Below are positions 57,901-61,885 of a DNA stretch of 61,885 bases, piece after piece. This DNA is from a virus (taxonomy: Duplodnaviria; Caudoviricetes). A program made the translations under genes and the position numbers. A model generated the notes under the pieces. That model ran no database searches and was not told the origin of the DNA. It was given only the letters and a program-made list of their open reading frames with translations. Position 1 is the stretch's first letter. Every line of letters begins with the position of its first letter. The stretch spans positions 1 through 61,885 of the IMG/VR virus record IMGVR_UViG_3300032213_001974; one strand, given 5' to 3'.

Positions 57901-60149
57901 ACTGCGGACTGGACCACGTCACTTGCGACGGTCTGGATGAACTCTTCCGCGCCTTCACCGATGGCTCCGAAGAGTACTTCCTTCGCGGGGGCGAGAGCAG
58001 TCTTGACCACGTCTTTGGCGAACGTGTCGAAGTCAGCGAGGCTGATCTGCGAACGTACTTCAGGCGAAAGCTTCTCTACGCCCTTGACTACGTCGTCGTA
58101 GTAGGACTTCAGCTTGCCGAGGCTGATGCCGCGACCAGTGGCGAGTGTTTCCACACCAGCCAGTTTACCTCCGCCAATGCGGTTGAAGCCGAGCGTTACG
58201 GCATTCGACCAGAACGCGGACAGCGCGGCGGCTTCAGTGGCGATGCTCTCCACCTGTTCAGGGGAGAACTTCTTGGAACCGTCCGGAGCCAGCTGCGCTT
58301 CAAGTGAACTACGAGTGCTGGAGTAGGTAGAGCCAAACTCGCGGGCTCCTTGGGAAGTGAGCCAGCCGATTTCGTTCGGGGCTGCCTTGAGGGCTTTCGC
58401 GAAACCATCTGCGGCGGACTTGCCGACAACTGACACGGTCCTGCCAGCAGCGCGTTTGGTGAAGTTGGCGAGTAACTCTGCGGTCTCTGCGCCTAGAAGG
58501 GTGCTGGCGGCAACGCGGCCACTGGTGGAGGCGAGCTTTCCTGCGGCTCCAGCTACGCGGCCCGCGCCACGAGAGATGAAGATGTCAGCGGCGAGCTGCG
58601 GGACCTGCTCGACGAGCTGCTGTGCCCATCCGAAGTCTTTGCCGAACACACCAGCAAGAGCCGCGTTTGCAGACTGCTCTTCGCTGATCTTTTCGCTGAT
58701 GCTGTATCCGAGGTCCTTGATCGGCTTCGAAAGCGGGCCGGGCAGGGTAGCCCCCACTGCCGGGATCAGGTCAGTTACTACGCGAAGGGTAGCCAAGCCA
58801 AGGCTCTCTGCTCGGTTGGCAGCGCCGTTGTACTTCCCGCTTGCGGCGATCTGTTCGATGATTTCGCCCTCGGACTTGCCAGCATCCTTGGCCTTCTGGT
58901 AGTCATCTGCAATGCTGCCGTCCGCTTGGATTAGCTGTGGAATAAGCTCCTTGGCATAGGCGTTCAGATTCGCCTCGCGCTCTTTGGACATGATCGCGCG
59001 CTGTTCTTTGGAAACAGGCAGCGCGTCCAAGGTCTTGTTGAAAAGCTCCTTGTTGACTTGGATCCTTTTCGGGATCGCGTACATGCCAGTGGACAGGCGA
59101 CGGGCGGACGCGGCGGGGTTCTTCTCGTCGAACTCTACAGAGTCGATGCCGCGGGCGACTGTGAAGTCCCGCACGGCGGAAAGGATTTCGTCAGGCGCAG
59201 CGTTGCGCCCAAGCTCGTCGCGGGACAGGCGATCGGCGATAGCTTCGACGGTCTGTGGAGCGGTCTCAAACTTCATTGGCCCACCACCAGCCACCTGATT
59301 GATCATGCCGCCGACTCCCTTGATCACCGTAGCAGGAATCCCGAATACGGTATCAACTACCGTCTTGCCGGTAGTGCGGTTGTCTGAGTTGAAGCCTTTG
59401 ACTGCTGCTTCCAGATCCTGCATGACACCCGGATCGCGGTTGGCGAGTGCCACGATCTGTGATTCCAGATCGCTCTTGCGCTCCAGCTGGGCAGGAGTCA
59501 CGTCGAGTCCGGGGATCTTGCGGAAAGAACGCTGCACTTCAAGAAGCGCGCGACTGTCAATCAAATCCGGATTCGCGGCAGCGTAGGAGGCGATGGTGTT
59601 GTCGTCCAGCTCGCCAAGAGCTGGATCAGCAATCACACGATACTTGCCGTCTTCGACCACCGTGGCGAACTTCGCCCTGCCCGACTTGATCGCGTAACGC
59701 TTGGCGTTGTTGAGGAAGTCTTCGCCAAGATACGGTTCTGCTTCCTTGCGGAGTCCTTCAAGGCGAGCGGCGTAGGCTTCCTGATCGGTGATGATTTCGG
59801 TGCCCGCCTGCTTCTTTGCGGCGAGGTAGCTCTTCACCTTCATCGCACCGTCGTTGTCTCCTTCGTCGGAGAGCTTGTCGCCAGCAAGGGCAAGAACGTT
59901 GTCGGGCTGCGGGCGCATCACGAATCCCTTATAGGATTCCTGAAACTCGGCATCATCAGCCGGGGCGGGAATTACACCTTTGTCCAAGGCATACTGGAAC
60001 GCATTGCGATCCATCTCGTCATTCAGCTCTGGCGTGAGCTGGCCTGCGCGAAGATACTCGGCGCGGCTGTAATCGTTGAAACGGCGAAGAGATTCAACTT
60101 GGTCGGCAATAGGATTCTTGGCGGACCAGTCGGAGTATGTATCGGGCAT
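48912..60149 (-). CDS. giant (3745 aa) putative internal virion/ejection polyvalent protein
   Basis: Ala-rich helical protein, hydrophobic segments near both ends, two HExxH motifs (HEMLH, HEIAH) with downstream Glu. Confidence 0.75.
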   Translation of the reverse strand: MPDTYSDWSAKNPIADQVESLRRFNDYSRAEYLRAGQLTPELNDEMDRNAFQYALDKGVIPAPADDAEFQESYKGFVMRPQPDNVLALAGDKLSDEGDNDGAMKVKSYLAAKKQAGTEIITDQEAYAARLEGLRKEAEPYLGEDFLNNAKRYAIKSGRAKFATVVEDGKYRVIADPALGELDDNTIASYAAANPDLIDSRALLEVQRSFRKIPGLDVTPAQLERKSDLESQIVALANRDPGVMQDLEAAVKGFNSDNRTTGKTVVDTVFGIPATVIKGVGGMINQVAGGGPMKFETAPQTVEAIADRLSRDELGRNAAPDEILSAVRDFTVARGIDSVEFDEKNPAASARRLSTGMYAIPKRIQVNKELFNKTLDALPVSKEQRAIMSKEREANLNAYAKELIPQLIQADGSIADDYQKAKDAGKSEGEIIEQIAASGKYNGAANRAESLGLATLRVVTDLIPAVGATLPGPLSKPIKDLGYSISEKISEEQSANAALAGVFGKDFGWAQQLVEQVPQLAADIFISRGAGRVAGAAGKLASTSGRVAASTLLGAETAELLANFTKRAAGRTVSVVGKSAADGFAKALKAAPNEIGWLTSQGAREFGSTYSSTRSSLEAQLAPDGSKKFSPEQVESIATEAAALSAFWSNAVTLGFNRIGGGKLAGVETLATGRGISLGKLKSYYDDVVKGVEKLSPEVRSQISLADFDTFAKDVVKTALAPAKEVLFGAIGEGAEEFIQTVASDVVQSAVTGKNFDLTDSTRSAALAASFGFALGSAGEVVSLAEQRYLADPAYKQAEFEASYLGRTIENLKANGAPATAAFLQRQLDIAQQNKETIRTRFTQFAADEEAAAQAQAAADAEEFDVFARSQVNKTRPLGLPVPEVDAQTADQIRRTRELQTTAARLDALITKVESGIPEEGQTDSQKEVLAQLRARRSGIDDQIKQVGSTITSGNAAITEPSGTYYGRYEAAPNPATTVAPQNLSPVEGDVVETAGQFEFPFMARWNDLGVRLGGNVELAPEDSQLIDKAQMEFGFVPEAEAASRDAQLSPAERSIKTLFDNTTPEERAAFQQRSFARQGRYQQIGARVEEIDNDLAAYDSTTADARQRFDFYTKALADLNAKEDKTPKDAALAGVYQAKLDEATGVIAEADAAKAELESEKADLLEFAVGEIVSPIVTPEAVEEVLAAAMVEVPEPSATEKPATTATKRKVAKARAVQAVVEVLETSENPKALLDAAVEAVSAAPVEPAAAPKTFGYRSSVRPPGTPTTTENAPAEVSKAGKAPAVKGVTSKRPAESNAPEGVAPRDSEDQEDLSPRSILDEVLAEEAAAKASKKKLRQAAADKVAAAAAKFTMLDVEPLLDKTSALKSLGKGQRSTREFLADTSSPAGFLSHADYVLYQGYLEKGEVPKLNQLQSALSSQSYGYLGYTGPFYRSLKRDVQAAYPVYEAPVQPTDVTSEDLDITFPLAVRLSSIGQKLQASKIALEASLETRLNELEQADAKRKPAARAAVKRVRDAILRVEGQIADRLINGDYQFEREPDSGEVRQAKRELVARAREGGEVVNIELAVTRENGELVGFHTNSPQMTAWLLNNGFSIRVPKAQLEQRNPSIKVNSSRYVTKVELPDGTVVRRAGDLKAPMSAYVPEEIQFVGGPDNLSRPYVEFTESLPKVPPSLTRLFGKSPSGQKSSGGIALGEEVWMNDASLLLLGGQVSNYANILESTNQKLRANGFDESDFAFAVLARYHRDLREFALAIRVEEQLAAGRDPVKFLLKQVGPAAQAQLIKTFSTKGKTKLNADQAMKVYADRLVSELNGTDEGVNTRFFKKLADGTTIRRPNSLKTTIAQVEKKYFNRIKEQGSFIDPTARVEAADTPAILSQVDADELAASMYAAIARPLYMGVDNAAVEAVATIYDVIEESEKPTSLDEVITAVTSNIDSNPQVRKAFERAATTFGVTKAESLPTEALIDVFRNELSADMRAAAQRAKQFLLSNKGLEMRRVVEATLKPIADFEAFVREQAAQIGLKQDLASKREADRAAKSKTLSPEMVEMQKYLFPSEPGPSRTVVSRPVPERFFTPEEPQGVSVESKAGRYEVFPSQFVSLEDARSIIAELNERALNPDYSASTRRKYKKKAAELRSLVESGDIKAKDSDSSVISLPSGATYTRPVLRTMLAAARAGEIDNRYTQEKQAQFRRFGDTLQTLLASKKRNFKVGEDIKAVFESAAVPSDPATNLRNNLLDAEDLGLRGGSILSAIEALDKVPLRLKEVASLLKAKRDILAKANIEIVNLPNTGWAGKYSPESNTIFLNLAASNGRGLADVLVHEMLHAVTVSVIKSPDSAGARALVAKLDALRGRIKSAYNGNSQQVLAGLASLEEFVSYAFTSPDFQKAIYETAPERGFFRRFLDFLTRFLTGSPTDQLSKALNDLTKLVGMANMRPYGTRISEDVAMSRDQQTSRELPEITATTVEQDEMSKLLTQESPSGITIQYDESARGMMVARPSSPDTVFVNPQLLANAIAGLDDFNARRFVRAAVNHEIAHLAAFSTLSDADIDYIATTLPAAKLWEVADRYYSASIPDAAARFERIREDRASGKLGIRELADEFVRMEIEKARSGFISESDYSFYRRNPGILSRMLRALEAFIAKLTTRIRGIEDSQIAASVQRATRVYDQLVSPAEPTGFEEQLNVLRRDDVTGRFSLPVKNYGDNSYDVGGKFSRLFKGDLPSSVKALVGSRDSQLRLVARIAEQFNNQMQAFIKSGVINDENLTLVRNAMGDTGLVISKARMAQIEAVLDGEIANIEKTFEDSAKTESDKLIHDKGIADSVARHKSRVVKEYQLIADKARAAAAEAKAKLPPKVVKVIEDARAAIDKASGKIATNPFTPDDIRAVIDANMGIYLTRSYYAFTQTGWTKLLKSAGIAQVGNSMIDFQKIRDDALRHYTNKASKTLEAEIKKEHPEFSPAEIKAAVLRDTPARAQVMFDEFVASMDKNAASLATGQILAVDVEKALFEEGATEPVVRSARANELRQELGRFMEKSELPAWLRAALGEITDPIEAATRSLISVSKLAANQDLLTSTLEAGLDGGWITKDPVVANQKGYVKLSGANPAYDAPLDGAYGPPEFKKAFDTIFSKSSPELEDTADQAVRNGIKVLRAAAGGAMAAKTLLSVGFYTRNAVSDFAFFAPLQGVLLNPLNFKRWFQSKGSSFAKTPGEHEAYIRELIELGVLGDESSTQALRDQIAGLATDAEAALNKVERSALAAQGEAYWKKAVGVVPKTLAFGANLNNTISSNLRIGMFENELAVLREAYKGDETWTEARLKKEAAAKVLRTTQTHSQVFPVVTSFTKSGLGSLIAPFARFKAEVARVMIETVKLSSEERASDNEVIRKRGNQRLAGFLTTLTLMPLTVAGVVSLAFAAAFGDDEDVTADSILNYFLPRNGDELRRDQALREGLADWQKGNTVYFTQVGDKIRSLDMTFINPTAIYTDLIMRSYELIRTGKEAEIPAVAAKWVTGQLIGDQIAIGAAMESLNNKDEKGNPITTGDTPFLEALITRTTYALSQGYKPPVASFVENLMSGEKGSKKPVTEDDKASNRLEIFAGELLGVRPRVEDVSTYHNRAIRSAALTYSQSRRATGILKSRSPLDGDQITEAVQKANRARVAAFGRAAEMMRSYENMGMTRGQLFSTSNEAGFSKDRLNKALNNVTDRWTPSRDDLKDYYDAGQKADGNGAGRLKLIVAESLKYPAVQVLKP

Positions 60150-60180
60150 CGGGGTGCAGCTAGGTGGTTAGTGATTCCTG

Positions 60181-61035
60181 TTACCGGAATCGTGATTTGT
60201 CATCTACCTTGGGGGCTGTCGGGGCAGCGGTAGCAAAATTCTGTCGGAGAGCTTTGCGGCGGATCTCAGCCGCAGCGGAATAAATTTCGGTGTCGGACTT
60301 GCCGCTGTAGGCATCGGAAGTTGCAGGATCGTAACGATCAATCACGTCCAATGCAAGTTCCTTATCCTTCAAGTTCTTGAACACTACCGGATTCCCGACG
60401 ATGTCGCCTTCCGGTCCGATCTGGATGTCCTTGATCCGGTCGAGGAAATCCAACTCTGCCTTGGCGAGCTTTTCCTTTTCCTCTTTCTGTTCCTTGAGAA
60501 GCTTGTCTCTTTTTTCTAGATCCTTGTCTAGCCTGTCAAGTTCCTGATTTCTAAGTGACCTGATCTGGTATGTACTCATCGCGTCTTCAGCAGCGATTTC
60601 AGGCTCCGCGGCCTGCGCAGCGAAGCGATACCTCGCCTGAAGTTCCGGCGAGTAGATAAGGGAAGAGGCAAAGCCCATAGCTGCCCGGTTGATGCGGGCG
60701 CGCTTGGTCTTGGGATCGAGAGTGGTGTCATCGAGGATGCTTTCGAAGGACTGCATCGCAGCGGGCGCTTGGGCGATTGCATCCCGCTTGACCTGCGCGG
60801 CGCGACGGGCTTCTTCCAACGCAAGTCGGTCGCCTTCGAGGCGGACATTGTTGAGTTCCAACTGCTGGGCCTGCTGTTGCGCCTTGAAGCGCTTGTCCTG
60901 TACAGCCAGCTGCTCGTCAAGCACTCCCGAGGAAAGGAAGTTCTTTCGGCGCTGCGAGAGAAACGGGTTCGCCTGAATGTCGCCGAACAAGTTCGACGTA
61001 AAGGCGGCGGTATCTGGCTGGAAGGGGGCTGGCAT
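60181..61035 (-). CDS. putative internal virion protein
   Basis: Gln/Ala-rich coiled coil directly upstream of the giant gene. Confidence 0.6.
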   Translation of the reverse strand: MPAPFQPDTAAFTSNLFGDIQANPFLSQRRKNFLSSGVLDEQLAVQDKRFKAQQQAQQLELNNVRLEGDRLALEEARRAAQVKRDAIAQAPAAMQSFESILDDTTLDPKTKRARINRAAMGFASSLIYSPELQARYRFAAQAAEPEIAAEDAMSTYQIRSLRNQELDRLDKDLEKRDKLLKEQKEEKEKLAKAELDFLDRIKDIQIGPEGDIVGNPVVFKNLKDKELALDVIDRYDPATSDAYSGKSDTEIYSAAAEIRRKALRQNFATAAPTAPKVDDKSRFR

Positions 61036-61038
61036 ATG

Positions 61039-61885
61039 TTATTGGCCTTGGAGTCCGCGGTTGAACTCACGAATAGATTCGCGCCCTCTTTTCAGGAAGG
61101 GGGCGAGCCTTTGCTGGATAGTCTTCTGGCGGTCTACTTCGTCAGGGTTGAATGAAGGAGGGTTCAACACTGGATCTTTAGCTAATGATTTTTTGATACC
61201 TTCAGCAGCTGTGTACAGAGCGATTTGGGTGGCGTCCCCAACCTGACCCGCTTTACGAATCAGGCGTCCGGTAACACGAGCCGGGTTGCTGGCGGAAATT
61301 TTCGGCTCAACTGGCACAGGGGCAGGCGGGACATAATCCTCAACCGGGGTACGTGGTCCCTGATACATGATTCGTGCTGCGCGTTGCTGGGCAGATTCGG
61401 CCTCGATAGCCTGCGGGGTAACCTTGGCTCCATAGCCGGGCGCTTGAGCGACTCCGCCGATAACGACTGGTTGCTTGGCTCTTTCGGCGTCTTGCTTGTC
61501 TGCTTCGCGTTTATCGAAGTAAGCGTTTAGCGGATCCAAAAGTTCCTTGAATGTCGGACCTTTCGCCGGGGCAGGTGCAGGAGCTGCCTGCTTTTTCAGG
61601 ACTTCCTTCGTGCTGCCCGGAATGCCAGTAGGATTGGCGAGCTTATTGTAGGCATCCTGCAAGGACTTGCGGCGAATGGCGTCTCCTTCTTCTCGCGTCT
61701 GCTCAACCTCGGGGTAGCGCAGCTTCAGGTAATCCATCTTGGGGGCTGAGGTTTCTGTCTTGGGCTTAGTCGTGCCAGTCGTGCCAGTCGTGCCAGTCGT
61801 GCCAGTCGTGCCAGTCGTGCCAGTCGTGCCAGTCGTGCCAGTCGTGCCAGTCGTGCCAGTCGTGCCAGTCGTGCCAGTCGTGCCA
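61039..61885 (-). CDS. C-terminal part of the same junction-spanning protein
   Basis: ...GTT-KPKTETSAPK-MDYLKLRYPE: the repeat is in frame with the listed 61039..61737 ORF; lies upstream of the 284-aa and 3745-aa genes. Confidence 0.75.
   Translation of the reverse strand, partial: GTTGTTGTTGTTGTTGTTGTTGTTGTTGTTGTTGTTGTTKPKTETSAPKMDYLKLRYPEVEQTREEGDAIRRKSLQDAYNKLANPTGIPGSTKEVLKKQAAPAPAPAKGPTFKELLDPLNAYFDKREADKQDAERAKQPVVIGGVAQAPGYGAKVTPQAIEAESAQQRAARIMYQGPRTPVEDYVPPAPVPVEPKISASNPARVTGRLIRKAGQVGDATQIALYTAAEGIKKSLAKDPVLNPPSFNPDEVDRQKTIQQRLAPFLKRGRESIREFNRGLQGQ
61769..61885. repeat. 9-bp tandem repeat (GTCGTGCCA)x13, right contig end
   Basis: 13 perfect units; encodes (Gly-Thr-Thr)n on the minus strand. 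Confidence 0.98.

Noticed and set aside
48912-60149. Virion RNA polymerase within the giant protein
   Set aside because: No DxDGD or T7/N4-type catalytic motifs recognised by eye; cannot be fully excluded without profile searches

Overview
The window looks like a complete, circularly closable ~61.8 kb genome of a tailed dsDNA phage with podovirus-like morphogenesis (portal, scaffold, capsid, tail fibres, a 3745-aa putative ejection protein; no recognisable tail tube or tape measure). It has four transcription blocks: (-) terminase, small RNAs and HNH running through the contig junction into the putative ejection proteins; (+) 4.1-18.5 kb replication and nucleic-acid metabolism (RNA ligase, resolvase, SF2 helicase, Cas4-like nuclease, PolA, primase-helicase); (-) 36.7-18.5 kb structure and lysis; (+) 37.5-48.8 kb early genes. 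I found no integrase, RNA polymerase, reverse transcriptase or CRISPR array. The most unusual signals are: a two-amidoligase/glutamine-amidotransferase cassette in an early region studded with a 22-bp palindromic operator; a ~200-bp control element duplicated 34.7 kb apart with co-varying inverted repeats, one copy upstream of a triple NUMOD4-like protein; a set of sigma70-type promoters implying leaderless mRNAs, versus a structured leader on the capsid gene; non-canonical tRNA-like RNAs plus a C4-like RNA together with RNA-repair-type enzymes; and a candidate programmed -1 frameshift near the lysis genes. All family calls are by-eye motif recognition, not database hits.
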